Origin: Clostridia bacterium DTU022 | GTDB lineage: Bacteria; Bacillota; Dethiobacteria; DTU022 | Assembly: GCA_001512835.1 (NCBI GenBank) | Contig: LFRQ01000063.1 | Span: 25,594 to 89,593, forward strand | Direction: 5' to 3' | DNA length: 64,000 nt | In this document: positions 49,244 to 59,488 of the stretch, piece after piece | Layout of the letters: the number at the start of each line of letters is the position of its first letter | Position numbering within the stretch: position 1 is the first letter of the stretch | The notes under the pieces: generated by a model | Seen by the model: the letters and a program-made list of their open reading frames with translations, nothing else | Database searches by the model: none | What the model was told of the DNA's origin: nothing | Position numbers and translations under genes: made by a program

Positions 49244-50026
49244 TTGAGCGGCTATGCGCTAATTGACCGTTCCCCTTTGCTCAAATTTATTTTCTATCCC
49301 CGCAAGTTTTACCTGCCGCCGCCTGCTTACGCTTTTGATATGGCTTTCCCGGTGGAGGAGGGAGTCTCCATCTCCTGCCGTTTTTTTGACGGTGGGGGCG
49401 ACCTCCCCTGGATCTTGTACTTTCACGGCAACGGGGAGATCGTCAGCGATTACAACTCTATCTCCGAGTTATACCGGCAATATGGACTGAGCCTGGTGGT
49501 CGCCGACTACCGCGGCTACGGAACCAGCGGCGGCCGCCCCACCTTAACCAGCCTGGTGCAGGACGCCCGGATCCTTTACCGGGGCGTCCGCCGGGAGCTA
49601 ACCGGGCGCGGCTTCCCCGGGGACCTGGTGGTGATGGGGCGCTCCCTGGGCAGCGTTTCCGCCCTGGAACTGGCTCACGACCGCCCCGAAGGCCTGCGGG
49701 GCTTGATCCTGGAGAGCGGCTTTATCAGCGTGGTTAAGCTTCTGGAACACCTGGGGCTGCCCCTGCCGGCCGACCTGCGCTCTTTTGACCAGGAGAGTTG
49801 TCGCAAAGTGAAGGAGATTAAGCTGCCCGCCCTGGTGATTCACGGTACTCGCGACCGCCTGGTTCCTTTCAGCCAGGGGCGGGAGCTTTACCATTGTCTC
49901 GGCTCTTCCCGGAAAGAGCTGGTGGATATACCCGGCGCCGACCACAATGACATTATCTTCCGGGATACCGAGCGCTACTTCCAGGCTGTGCATCGCTTTG
50001 TTCATAGTTTGGGTAAAAATTCTTAG
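49244..50026 (+). CDS. alpha/beta hydrolase (prolyl-oligopeptidase/BAAT-like fold)
   Basis: It has a nucleophile elbow GRSLGS, an Asp (GTRD) and a His (GADHND). A TTG start follows GAGGTGA. Confidence 0.7.
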   Translation: MSGYALIDRSPLLKFIFYPRKFYLPPPAYAFDMAFPVEEGVSISCRFFDGGGDLPWILYFHGNGEIVSDYNSISELYRQYGLSLVVADYRGYGTSGGRPTLTSLVQDARILYRGVRRELTGRGFPGDLVVMGRSLGSVSALELAHDRPEGLRGLILESGFISVVKLLEHLGLPLPADLRSFDQESCRKVKEIKLPALVIHGTRDRLVPFSQGRELYHCLGSSRKELVDIPGADHNDIIFRDTERYFQAVHRFVHSLGKNS

Positions 50027-50044
50027 CCCAAGGAATGGAGAGGG

Positions 50045-50803
50045 ATGGGAATGGAAATGAATTATCGAAGCAGCATTGAAAGGGTGGCCAAACTTATCAA
50101 GGAAAGCCCGCTCTTCTATGCCTTGACAGGAGCGGGAATTAGCACGGAAAGCGGCATTCCCGATTTCCGGAGCCCGGGAACGGGGATTTGGGAGAAGGTG
50201 GATCCCTTTGCCACCTCTACGGTCCATGTCCTGCATGAAAACCCGGCGCTATTTTACGAGGCGGGCTTCTCCCGTTTTGCGGAAATGATCCAGGCCGAGC
50301 CAAATCGGGCGCACCACGCCTTGAAGCAGATGGAAGACCACGGCTACTTGAAAGGGATCATCACCCAGAACATCGACAGCCTCCACTGGAAAGCCGGTTC
50401 CCGGCGGGTCTGGGAGGTGCACGGGCACCTGCGGACCTGCCACTGCCAGGGCTGCTGCCAGCGGTTCTCCTTTGAAGTGCTGGTGGAGAAGGTAGCCGGC
50501 GGGCAGATTCCTCCTCCCTGTCCCCGCTGCTCCGGCATACTGCGACCCGACGTGGTCCTGTTCGGAGACACCATGTCGCCTGCTTTTTTCGAAGCGGAAG
50601 AGGTGCTTCGGAAGGGCTGCGACCTGATGATGGTTATCGGCAGCAGCCTGGTGGTTTACCCGGTGGCCGATCTGGTCCGCTTTGCCCGCAAGCTGGTGAT
50701 CATCAACGCCCAGGAGACCAATTACGACTACCGAGCCGAGGTGGTGATCCGAGAAAAGTGCGGCCAGGTTTTAACGGATATTGTCAAGGCCCTGGAAGAA
50801 TAA
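50045..50803 (+). CDS. cobB: Sir2-family NAD-dependent protein deacylase
   Basis: GAGIS…GIPDFR, the Zn ribbon CxxC…CxxC (CHCQGC…CPRCSG) and GSSLVVYP are present. The start is ATG 50045, 50051 or 50057. Confidence 0.85.
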   Translation: MGMEMNYRSSIERVAKLIKESPLFYALTGAGISTESGIPDFRSPGTGIWEKVDPFATSTVHVLHENPALFYEAGFSRFAEMIQAEPNRAHHALKQMEDHGYLKGIITQNIDSLHWKAGSRRVWEVHGHLRTCHCQGCCQRFSFEVLVEKVAGGQIPPPCPRCSGILRPDVVLFGDTMSPAFFEAEEVLRKGCDLMMVIGSSLVVYPVADLVRFARKLVIINAQETNYDYRAEVVIREKCGQVLTDIVKALEE

Positions 50804-50820
50804 ATCAGGGCCTTTTTTTT
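50788..50820 (+). terminator. rho-independent terminator
   Basis: The hairpin GGCCCTG…CAGGGCC is followed by TTTTTTTT. Confidence 0.7.
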
Positions 50821-51086
50821 GGGAGATCCGTCATTAGGGAGGGTGATAATATCGCAGAACAAAGATAGAAGGTCCGTCATTGGGCAGAACAAACAATGTA
50901 AAATATGTTATAATATTGTCGAATATATCTGTCTTTAACAGCAAAAAGCGACAAGTATCCAATTTTTACCTTGGCAACGGTCACCCTAGCGTCGGGTGGT
51001 GGAATATTATGTTGGTGGAATAGCGGGCTCGCGGCGGGAATAATATTTTAAGCCTCATCCGTGAAAAGAAGGGAGGGTTGAAGGAG

Positions 51087-51758
51087 ATGAAATTTGTAGA
51101 GCGGGTAACGGACCTGGAAGAGGATTATCGCGACCGTGCCCTGGGCTCCTGGCTAAACCAGATAATGCCTTCCTGGGTCCATCCCAACCATATCAGTATC
51201 CTCCGCCTGGTCCTGTTAAGTGTGGCTATTCTTCTATTCTTTTATAGGCGACCCCTGATGCACCAGGTCTGGATACTGGTGGCGGCGGCGCTAACGGATG
51301 CCCTGGACGGCCCTATTGCCCGGGCCAGAAACCTGCAGAGCAGGATCGGGGCCTACCTGGATCACGGAATTGACTGGGCGCTGGGAGCCTGGGCCGGGAT
51401 CCTGGCCCTGGTAAACGGGCTGCTCTCCCTGGGCCTGATTGCCAACCTGGTGGCACCCCAGGCGGTGCTTACGGTCCTGGACCGGATCCGGGCTTCCCGC
51501 ATCGCCGGCCGCCAGGGAAAGGACCGGGCGCTGACCATTGCCATGGGGGCGGCCAATTTTCGGCCCACCGCCTTTGCCCGGATCCAATTCGTGGCCGTCC
51601 TCCTGGGCTTCCTGCTGCTGCTCTACAGCAAGTCCGGCGGCTCGCCTTTTTTCCGGAGCCTGGGCCTGTTTTGCCTTTACCTGGAGATTGCCCTGGCCTG
51701 GTTCCTGGTAGTGGAAGGGCTGTACCGGCTGGTGGGAAATGAGCCGGAGGGACGGTGA
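51087..51758 (+). CDS. CDP-alcohol phosphatidyltransferase family membrane protein
   Basis: The signature D(x)2DG(x)2AR…G(x)3D(x)3D is present (DALDGPIARAR…GAYLDHGIDW). The stop codon lies inside a copy of the second dispersed repeat. Confidence 0.75.
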   Translation: MKFVERVTDLEEDYRDRALGSWLNQIMPSWVHPNHISILRLVLLSVAILLFFYRRPLMHQVWILVAAALTDALDGPIARARNLQSRIGAYLDHGIDWALGAWAGILALVNGLLSLGLIANLVAPQAVLTVLDRIRASRIAGRQGKDRALTIAMGAANFRPTAFARIQFVAVLLGFLLLLYSKSGGSPFFRSLGLFCLYLEIALAWFLVVEGLYRLVGNEPEGR

Positions 51759-51820
51759 CTTTGGCTGGTCATTGAGGAAGGAAAGGGGCGCTGCATGCCG
51801 GGGAGCGGCCGCAGTTTTAT

Positions 51821-52618
51821 ATGGAGAGGGGCGGACAAGGCGTGCTGGGGGCCATAGCCGGCGATGTAATCGGCTCCGTATACGAATTTAACAATATTAA
51901 AACTACCCAATTTGAGCTGTTTAGCCCCGGCTCCACCTTTACCGACGATACGGTCCTGACCATAGCTGTGGCCGATTGCATCATGCACCGGGGAGATTAT
52001 GCCGCCTATTTAAAAGAATACGGCCTCCAGTACCCGGGAGCCGGCTACGGGGGACGCTTTTTGAACTGGCTGCACTCCCCTTCCGCCGAGCCCTACAACA
52101 GCTGGGGCAACGGTTCGGCCATGCGGGTAAGCCCGGTGGGCTTTGCTTTTTCAAGCCTGGAGGAGGTCCTCTTCGAGGCGCGGCGCAGCGCCCTGCCAAC
52201 CCATAACCACCCGGAAGGGATCAAGGGCGCCCAGGCCACCGCTGCCGCCATTTTCTTGGCCCGCCGGGGGGAGAGCAAGGAAGAGATCAAGAAATATCTG
52301 ACCCGGACCTTCGGGTACAACTTGGAGCGGACCCTGGAAGAGATACGGCCGCACTACCGGTTTGACGTGAGCTGCGCCGGAACTCTCCCGCCGGCCTTCA
52401 CCGCCTTTCTGGAATCGGAGGACTTTGAGGATGCTATCCGGAAGGCGGTATCCCTGGGCGGGGACAGCGACACCATAGCCTGCATTGTGGGGGGCATAGC
52501 CCAGGCCTACTACGGCCAAGTACCGGACTGGATCGCCGAAAAGGTAATCTCCTTGCTCCCCCGGGAATTTCAGGAAGTGGTGAGCAAGTTTAACCGCTGG
52601 GCGGGGATAGAAAAATAG
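51821..52618 (+). CDS. ADP-ribosylglycohydrolase (DraG/ARH family)
   Basis: The N-terminal metal-site pattern is present (AGDVIGSVYEF…TDDTV), and the C-terminus has GGDSDTIACIVGG. Confidence 0.8.
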   Translation: MERGGQGVLGAIAGDVIGSVYEFNNIKTTQFELFSPGSTFTDDTVLTIAVADCIMHRGDYAAYLKEYGLQYPGAGYGGRFLNWLHSPSAEPYNSWGNGSAMRVSPVGFAFSSLEEVLFEARRSALPTHNHPEGIKGAQATAAAIFLARRGESKEEIKKYLTRTFGYNLERTLEEIRPHYRFDVSCAGTLPPAFTAFLESEDFEDAIRKAVSLGGDSDTIACIVGGIAQAYYGQVPDWIAEKVISLLPREFQEVVSKFNRWAGIEK

Positions 52619-52657
52619 TAATAAAAAATTGCTTTGCCGCTTATAGATTTAATCTTT

Positions 52658-52692
52658 GGAAGACGGCCATCTTCCCGGCCGTCTTCCTTTTT
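52658..52692 (+). terminator. rho-independent terminator
   Basis: The stem GGAAGACGGCC / GGCCGTCTTCC is followed by TTTTT. Confidence 0.7.
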
Positions 52693-52965
52693 GGGGCCGG
52701 CTTCCGCTTCTTGCGCTTGCCCCTGGAAGCAGCGGGGAATATAATGGTATCACTTCTTATGTAAACCAAAATTGTAAACCGGACAAACTTGCTCCAATTT
52801 GTGACAAAAAGATTTATATTATAACAGGATTTTTTATTTTATATAGCCAATTCTTTCTTGATTCACATTACTCCTGGCATGGACCGGTTTTCTCCGCGGT
52901 AGAGCAACACTCACCTATTCCCGCCTGTTGCCCCGTGGCGGCTGTCGGTTTTGAGGAGGAAGGCC

Positions 52966-55368
52966 ATGAAATATTTATTTGCCGATTTAATTGAGTTTTC
53001 GGTCATAGAAGAGTTGATGGAATACTTTCACCAGGTAACGGGAGTAGCCCTGGCCCTGATTGATATCCAGGGGGAGGTCCTGCTCAAGGCAGGGTGGCAG
53101 GAGATCTGCACCGATTTTCATCGTGTTCATCCCCGCACTCTTAAGCGCTGCCTGGACAGCGATGTCGCGATAGCCGCCCGGCTGGGCTCGGGCCTGGAAC
53201 AGGTCTGCCATAAGTGCCTCAACGGGCTTATGGATATGGCTGCTCCGGTAATCGTGAACGGGGAGCACGTGGCCTCGGTTTTCATCGGCCAGTTCTTCAG
53301 CGAAGAACCCGACGAGGATTTTTTCCGGGCCCAGGCCCGGAAATACGGTTTTGACGAAGAGGCGTATTTAAAAGCCTTGTCCAAGGTTCCGGTGCTGGAA
53401 GAGAAAAAGGTGAAGTCGATTATATCTTTCCTGGCCCGCTTTGCCGAAGTGCTGACCATGATGGGCCGCAATCGCCAGCAGCTGCTGGAGGCCCAGAAGA
53501 AGCAGCAGGAAAGCGAAGCTCAGCTCAGGCAGATTGCGGAAAGCATGCTGGACATGGTGTTGCAGACGGATATCAGGGGGAAGATCCTCTATGTCAGCCC
53601 ATCCCAGAAGGGGGTTCTGGGTTACGATCCGGGGCAGCTGCTGGGGGGGAGCCTATTTGATTACGTCCCCTCTAAAGAACGTTCCCGGATCGAGAAAAGG
53701 TTTCTAAAGAAGTTGAAGGCCGGGGAGAACGATCTCCAGATTTTCCGCTGCCGGCATGCTGACGGCAGGCATGTCTGGCTGGAAGCGGTAAGCAGCCCTT
53801 TCCGGAACCCGGAAGGGGCCATCTCCGGAAGCATAATCAGTTGCCGGGACGTTACCGATCGCCTCACGGCGGAAGAGAAGTTGAAGGAGTCCGAAGAAAG
53901 GTACCGGGAGATCTTGGCCTCCATCGAGGAAGGCTACTACGAGGTGGATTTGAAAGGCAATCTTACCTTCTTCAACGAGGCTACCTGCCGGATGGTAGGG
54001 TACAGCAGCGAGGAGCTGCTGGGGATGAACTACCGGCAGATATTCGACGAGCCGGAGAAGGTTTACCATACCTTCCACCAGGTTTATCTAACGGGAAAGC
54101 CCGAGGGCCGGTTTACCATGATGGGGCGGCGCAAAAACGGCACCTCCTTTTACGTCGAGCTTTCCATTTCGCTCCTTAAGGACAAAGAGGGGCGGAGCAT
54201 CGGCTTCCGGGGGGTGGCCAGGGATATCACGGAGCGAATCAGTTTTGAAAAACAACTGCGCTTTCTAAGCTTCCACGATCAGTTGACCGCCCTTTACAAC
54301 CGGAACTTTTTTGAGGAAGAGATGAGGCGCCTGGAGGGCAGCAGGGAGTACCCCATTACTATCATCTCCGCCGACCTGGACGGCTTGAAGATCATCAACG
54401 ACACCATGGGTCACAGCCGCGGCGATCAACTGCTCCAGGCCTGCGCCGATTTGCTGAAAAGAAATCTGCGCAAGGAGGACGTCCTGGCCCGGGTTGGCGG
54501 CGACGAATTTGCCATTATCCTGCCCCGCACCAGCGAAGAGGCCGGGGACGCCATTATCCGGAGAATGCAGGCCGCCATAGAGAATTATAACCGGGTCCAC
54601 ACCGACCTTCCCCTAAGCGTTTCTTTTGGGGTGGCCACCACCACGGGCCGGGAAACCCTGGAGGAGACCTTTATCAGGGCGGACGACCTTATGTACCGGG
54701 ATAAATTATACCGGGGCGCCAGCGTCCGCGGCCAGATTGTCAACTCCCTGCTTACCGCCTTGGCGGAGCGGGATTTTATCAACCAGGGGCATACGGTCAG
54801 GCTCCAGGAACTCTGCCAGAAAATGGGGGAGAAGCTGGGGCTCTCCTCCCGGAAGATGAGCGATCTCCTCCTTTTAGCCCAGGTTCACGACCTGGGCAAG
54901 GTGGGGATCCCGGACCGCATTCTTTACAAAAAAGGAGAGCTCACCGAGGAGGAATGGGAGATCATGCGCCAGCACCCGGAGAAGGGGTACAGGATTGCCC
55001 TGGCCTCCCAGGACCTGGCTCCCATTGCCGATCTTATCCTGCGCCATCACGAGAACTGGGACGGCACCGGCTATCCCCTGGGCATTGCCGGCAACGATAT
55101 CCCCATTGAATGCCGCATCCTGGCCGTGGTGGATGCTTTTGACGCCATGACCAGCGAGCGCCATTACCGGCCGGCGATGTCCGTGGAAAAAGCGGTGGAG
55201 GAGCTCAAGAAGGTCTCCGGCACCAAGTACGATCCGGATATATTAAAGGTATTTCTCGAAATTATTGAAAGCGGCGATTACAGCCGGCGGAACGATGAAT
55301 TCGTCTCCATGGCCGATGTATGGAACAAGCCCCGCAGGCCCGACAGCGCATCCCGGTACCAGCACTGA
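52966..55368 (+). CDS. multidomain c-di-GMP enzyme: PocR sensor, 2x PAS, GGDEF, HD-GYP
   Basis: The PocR N-terminus (…ALIDIQGEVL…CHKCLNGLMDMAAPV…) is followed by two PAS regions and the GGDEF motif RVGGDEFAIIL. The HD-GYP domain carries HD and HHENWDGTGYP. ATG 52966 follows GAGGAGGAAGG. Confidence 0.85.
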   Translation: MKYLFADLIEFSVIEELMEYFHQVTGVALALIDIQGEVLLKAGWQEICTDFHRVHPRTLKRCLDSDVAIAARLGSGLEQVCHKCLNGLMDMAAPVIVNGEHVASVFIGQFFSEEPDEDFFRAQARKYGFDEEAYLKALSKVPVLEEKKVKSIISFLARFAEVLTMMGRNRQQLLEAQKKQQESEAQLRQIAESMLDMVLQTDIRGKILYVSPSQKGVLGYDPGQLLGGSLFDYVPSKERSRIEKRFLKKLKAGENDLQIFRCRHADGRHVWLEAVSSPFRNPEGAISGSIISCRDVTDRLTAEEKLKESEERYREILASIEEGYYEVDLKGNLTFFNEATCRMVGYSSEELLGMNYRQIFDEPEKVYHTFHQVYLTGKPEGRFTMMGRRKNGTSFYVELSISLLKDKEGRSIGFRGVARDITERISFEKQLRFLSFHDQLTALYNRNFFEEEMRRLEGSREYPITIISADLDGLKIINDTMGHSRGDQLLQACADLLKRNLRKEDVLARVGGDEFAIILPRTSEEAGDAIIRRMQAAIENYNRVHTDLPLSVSFGVATTTGRETLEETFIRADDLMYRDKLYRGASVRGQIVNSLLTALAERDFINQGHTVRLQELCQKMGEKLGLSSRKMSDLLLLAQVHDLGKVGIPDRILYKKGELTEEEWEIMRQHPEKGYRIALASQDLAPIADLILRHHENWDGTGYPLGIAGNDIPIECRILAVVDAFDAMTSERHYRPAMSVEKAVEELKKVSGTKYDPDILKVFLEIIESGDYSRRNDEFVSMADVWNKPRRPDSASRYQH

Positions 55369-55821
55369 CGGCCGCGCCTGCCGGCGCCTGAGTATTTTGG
55401 CCAAGTTTTCTTCAAAAAAAATCAAGAGATCCCGCAGGCTGCCGGAGTATTTTTAAGGCAGCATTTTTCTGCCGCCCCGCGGCTGTTCCCCCCCGTGCCC
55501 CTGTTCATTGCTCAGGAGTACTTTTGACGCCGGGCGGCAGCACTGCTGTTTCCTTCGTGCCCCTGTCCATCCCTATTCCCCTTAGTAAAGAATTTGGCCT
55601 GTTTCCGGTGGGAGGATATTTCTTTCCCGCATAATATAGTAGCAATAGGTATCCCAATGGTCCTTTTCCAGCCCGGGGAGCAGCACAGATAATGGCTTTA
55701 TAATTGAACCGGCTAAAATTGAATTTGCTTAAAGGAACCGGGTGGCCAAGATAGAATTATAGTAGTTATCTGTACCATAGCGGCCTTTTCCGGTACGGAA
55801 TTAATCGAGGTGGATTGGGAG

Positions 55822-56475
55822 ATGAAGGTAGCGGTTATTTTTTCCACGGCCTTTGTCGTGGGCCTCTCCGGGTCAATGATGCCCGGGCCGGTTACTGCCG
55901 TCATTATTGAGCAGGCCCTGAAAAGAGGCTTCCGGGCCGGCCCCCTGGTTACCCTGGGCCATGGAATCATGGAGGCGATAATGCTGGGACTGCTGGTTGC
56001 CGGAGCCGGCCGTTTTCTTGAAGGAGAGGGCGTGGTGGCCGGTGTTATCGGCCTGGTGGGAGGAGCCTTCCTGGCCTGGATGGGCTACGGCATGGTGAAG
56101 GGGGGCTGGAAGGGGACTCTTTCCCTGAGGGGAGAAGGGGAGGGAGCGGAGCGCAGCCGGAATCCCGTGTGGGCCGGCGCCTTGACCACTGTCTCCAACC
56201 CGTACTGGTTTATCTGGTGGGTCACCGTGGGAGCAGGCTACGTGGCCCTTTCTCAGCCTCACGGGGCCGGCGGCATCCTGGCTTTTTTCGGCGGGCACAT
56301 CCTCTCGGATCTGGTCTGGTTTTCCCTGGTGGCCCTGGCCCTGGTAACGGGGAAAAATTTTTTCAGCGACCGGATCTACAATGGGATTATCCTAGTTTTG
56401 GGTTTCTTTCTTTTGGCTTTGGCCGCCTATTTTTGCTGGACGGGTCTTAAATTCCTGGCCGTCCTGGTCCGCTAG
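55822..56475 (+). CDS. LysE/RhtB-family amino-acid exporter
   Basis: About 6 TM helices, with LysE-type N-terminal motifs (GLSGSMMPGPV, GAGYVAL). ATG 55822 follows GAGGTGGA. Confidence 0.7.
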   Translation: MKVAVIFSTAFVVGLSGSMMPGPVTAVIIEQALKRGFRAGPLVTLGHGIMEAIMLGLLVAGAGRFLEGEGVVAGVIGLVGGAFLAWMGYGMVKGGWKGTLSLRGEGEGAERSRNPVWAGALTTVSNPYWFIWWVTVGAGYVALSQPHGAGGILAFFGGHILSDLVWFSLVALALVTGKNFFSDRIYNGIILVLGFFLLALAAYFCWTGLKFLAVLVR

Positions 56476-56543
56476 CAGCCCGGTGCCTTTTTCCAGGAGG
56501 CTAAAATTTAAAGGGAGGGCACCGGCAGGAGGTATTTAATTAC

Positions 56544-57428
56544 ATGATCAGGGTGGATTCGGATTTTTTTAGCGAAGGGACCCGCTGCGCCGGGAGGCTT
56601 TACCTGCCCGAAGGGGTCCACAAGCCCCCGGTGGTAATCATGGCCCACGGTTTTGCCGCCCAGTGCGATTTTGGCCTGCCGGCTTTTGCCGAGCGCTTTA
56701 CCGGCCAGGGACTGGCCGTATACATGTTTGACTACCGGAATTTCGGCGCCAGCGGGGGCGAACCGCGCAACCTGGTTAATCCCGGGCGCCAGGTCCAGGA
56801 TTGGAAGGCGGCCCTGGCGCACGTGCGCCGCCTGGCCGGACTCAACACGGAAAAAATAGCTCTCTGGGGAACCTCCTTCAGCGGGGGGCATGTCCTGGCC
56901 GTGGCGGCGAAAACGCCGGGAATTTCCGCGCTGGTGGCCCAGGTTCCCTTTGTGGACGGCCTCGCCGTGGCCAGGAAAGCCGGCCTGAAATATGTCCTTC
57001 AAGGATTTTGGCACGGGCTGCGGGATCTGCTTAGAGCGGCCACTTTTCGCCGGCCCTACTGCGTGCCGGTAGTGGCGGATCCCGATACCTTTGCCGTCAT
57101 GAATACCCCAGAATCGAAGCCGGGCTACCTCTCCCTTCTCCCCGCGGAGGGTGCCGGCTGGGAAAACCGCTGCCCGGCCCGGATCCTCTGGCGCATACCC
57201 TTTTACCGCCCCGGGGCGGCAGCGGCCAGGATTAATTGCCCCGTCCTCATCGTCGCAGCAGAGAACGACTCTCTTATCCCGGTGGAGGCGGTGGAGCGAA
57301 CCGCCCGCAAGATCAAGAAGGTCAAGTACGTTTCTCTTCCCGTGGGGCATTTCGATGTCTATACCGGCGACGTCTTCGATTATGTTTCCCGCCTGCAGGG
57401 AGATTTCTTGCGGCAGCACCTTGCTTGA
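56544..57428 (+). CDS. alpha/beta hydrolase
   Basis: A nucleophile elbow GTSFSGG, an Asp and a C-terminal His (GHFD) are present. GGCAGGAGG precedes the ATG. Confidence 0.75.
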   Translation: MIRVDSDFFSEGTRCAGRLYLPEGVHKPPVVIMAHGFAAQCDFGLPAFAERFTGQGLAVYMFDYRNFGASGGEPRNLVNPGRQVQDWKAALAHVRRLAGLNTEKIALWGTSFSGGHVLAVAAKTPGISALVAQVPFVDGLAVARKAGLKYVLQGFWHGLRDLLRAATFRRPYCVPVVADPDTFAVMNTPESKPGYLSLLPAEGAGWENRCPARILWRIPFYRPGAAAARINCPVLIVAAENDSLIPVEAVERTARKIKKVKYVSLPVGHFDVYTGDVFDYVSRLQGDFLRQHLA

Positions 57429-57450
57429 ACAGGCGAAGATTGGACTTGAC

Positions 57451-57475
57451 GCCACCTCTGACGGTGGCTTTTTTT
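57451..57475 (+). terminator. rho-independent terminator
   Basis: The hairpin GCCACC tctgac GGTGGC is followed by TTTTTTT. Confidence 0.7.
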
Positions 57476-57718
57476 ATGCCCCGGCTTCGTCAACCGTCCG
57501 GCAAGGCCGGGCGGTGAAAACGTTCCCGGGCCGGGTGGCGGCCGGGCGCCCGTGACCGGCCAAATTTGCCGTACCGATAATGACCGGACCCCGGTTTTTT
57601 TTATATCCCAGGTTCATTAACCGTTACTTTATCCCTGCATATAATGTAGTGAAGCCGGAGAAAAAATTATTTTTCCAGCTTAGTGCATTGATGCCGGTAA
57701 GGAAAGGAGTGAATACTG

Positions 57719-59488
57719 TTGTATAGAAGAGGTAAAACCGGGAAAAATCCCAGGGCTTTCGGTTCCTGTGGCGGTTATAAACAGCGGTCGCTGCAAGCCG
57801 ACTCCGGCCAGTTCGCGGCCAGGGGGATCGGCCGGGTTCCCGCCAGCTGCCCGCCGGGCTTTCAAGGGCGCTACACGGTTCAGTCCGGCGATACGATGTT
57901 CTTTATTGCGCAGCGGTTCGGGGTCTCCCTGCAGGCGCTGATCAATGCCAACCCGCAGATACCCGATCCCAGCGTTCTCTTCCCGGGCGACGTGCTCTGT
58001 GTTCCCGGGGCTGGGGCTCCGCCTGGCGGCCGGGTTCCCGCCAGCTGCCCGCCTGGTTTTCAAGGGCGCTACACGGTTCAGCCCGGCGATACGATGTTCT
58101 TTATTGCGCAGCGGTTCGGAGTTTCCCTGCAGGCGCTGATCAATGCCAACCCGCAGATACCCGATCCCAACGTCCTCTTCCCTGGGGATGTCCTCTGCGT
58201 TCCCGGGGGACCGCCGGCCGGCCGGGTTCCCGCCAGCTGTCCGCCGGGCTTTGGCGGCCGTTACACGGTGCAGTCGGGCGACAGCATGTTCAGCATCGCT
58301 CAGCAGTGCGGGGTCTCTCTGCAGGCGCTGATCAACGCCAACCCGCACATTACCGACCCGAACCAGCTCTTCCCCTGCGATGTGCTCTGCGTCCCCTGCC
58401 CGCAGCCGGGCCGGGTGCCCACCAGTTGCCCGCCGGGCTTCCAGGCCCAGTATACGGTGCGTCCCGGCGACAGCATGTTCAGCATCGCCCAGCTTTTCGG
58501 GGTGAGCTTGCAGGCGCTGATCAACGCCAACCCGCACATTACGGACCCGAATCAGATCAACCCCTGCGACGTGCTCTGCGTTCCCTGCGTGCCGGTGAGG
58601 GTATCCCCCTGCTTTCCGGTGCCTGAAGAAGGCGGTCGGGTCCCTAAAGACTGCCCCAAGGGTTTCGGGGGGCGCTACACGGTGCAGGCCGGTGACAGCA
58701 TCTTCAGCATCGCCCAGCAGTGCGGGGTCTCCCCGCAGGCGCTGATTAAGGCCAACCCGCACATTCATGATCCGAAAAAGCTCCAGCCGTGCGACGTCCT
58801 TTGCGTTCCCTGCCCGCAGCGGGGCCGGGACCCCAAGGACTGCCCCAAGGGTTTTGAGGCCCAGTATACGGTGCGTCCCGGCGACAGCATTTTCAGCATT
58901 GCCCAGCTTTTCGGGGTAAGCGTGCAGGACTTGATCAAGGCCAACCCGCACATTCATGATCCGAAAAAGCTCAACCCCTGCGACGTGCTCTGCGTCCCCT
59001 GCGTACCGGTGAAGGTTTCTCCCTGCTTCCGAGAGCCGCTCCTGGAAGGCCGGGTTCCTACCAGCTGTCCCCAGGGCTTCCAGGGCCGCTATACCGTGGA
59101 GGCGGGAGATACCATGTCTGCTATAGCGCAGCGGTTTGGGGTTTCTTTGCAGGCGCTGATTAACGCCAACCCGCAGATCACCAATCCGGACGAACTTTTC
59201 CCGTGCGACGTGCTCTGCGTCCCCTGCCCGCAGCCGGGCCGGGTTCCCGCCGGCTGCCCGCCGGGCTTCCAAGGCCAGTACACCGTGGCTCCCGGCGACA
59301 GCATGTTTACCATAGCGCAGCGGTTCGGGGTTTCCCTGCAGGAGCTGATTAATGCCAACCCGCAGATTCCCGATCCCAACCAGCTCTTCCCCTGTGACGT
59401 CCTCTGCGTCCCGTGCCCCGCTTCCCTGACGGCGGTGGAAGTGGAAGAGATGGAAGAGGAGGGGGAAAAGAAGGAGATCGATCTCTAA
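57719..59488 (+). CDS. protein with eight tandem LysM domains separated by Cys/Pro-rich linkers and an acidic C-terminal tail
   Basis: The unit YTV(Q/R)(S/P)GD(T/S)MF.IAQ.FGVSLQALINANP…DVLCVPC recurs eight times at about 55 aa. The tail is EVEEMEEEGEKKEIDL. A TTG start follows GGAAAGGAG. Confidence 0.8.
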   Translation: MYRRGKTGKNPRAFGSCGGYKQRSLQADSGQFAARGIGRVPASCPPGFQGRYTVQSGDTMFFIAQRFGVSLQALINANPQIPDPSVLFPGDVLCVPGAGAPPGGRVPASCPPGFQGRYTVQPGDTMFFIAQRFGVSLQALINANPQIPDPNVLFPGDVLCVPGGPPAGRVPASCPPGFGGRYTVQSGDSMFSIAQQCGVSLQALINANPHITDPNQLFPCDVLCVPCPQPGRVPTSCPPGFQAQYTVRPGDSMFSIAQLFGVSLQALINANPHITDPNQINPCDVLCVPCVPVRVSPCFPVPEEGGRVPKDCPKGFGGRYTVQAGDSIFSIAQQCGVSPQALIKANPHIHDPKKLQPCDVLCVPCPQRGRDPKDCPKGFEAQYTVRPGDSIFSIAQLFGVSVQDLIKANPHIHDPKKLNPCDVLCVPCVPVKVSPCFREPLLEGRVPTSCPQGFQGRYTVEAGDTMSAIAQRFGVSLQALINANPQITNPDELFPCDVLCVPCPQPGRVPAGCPPGFQGQYTVAPGDSMFTIAQRFGVSLQELINANPQIPDPNQLFPCDVLCVPCPASLTAVEVEEMEEEGEKKEIDL

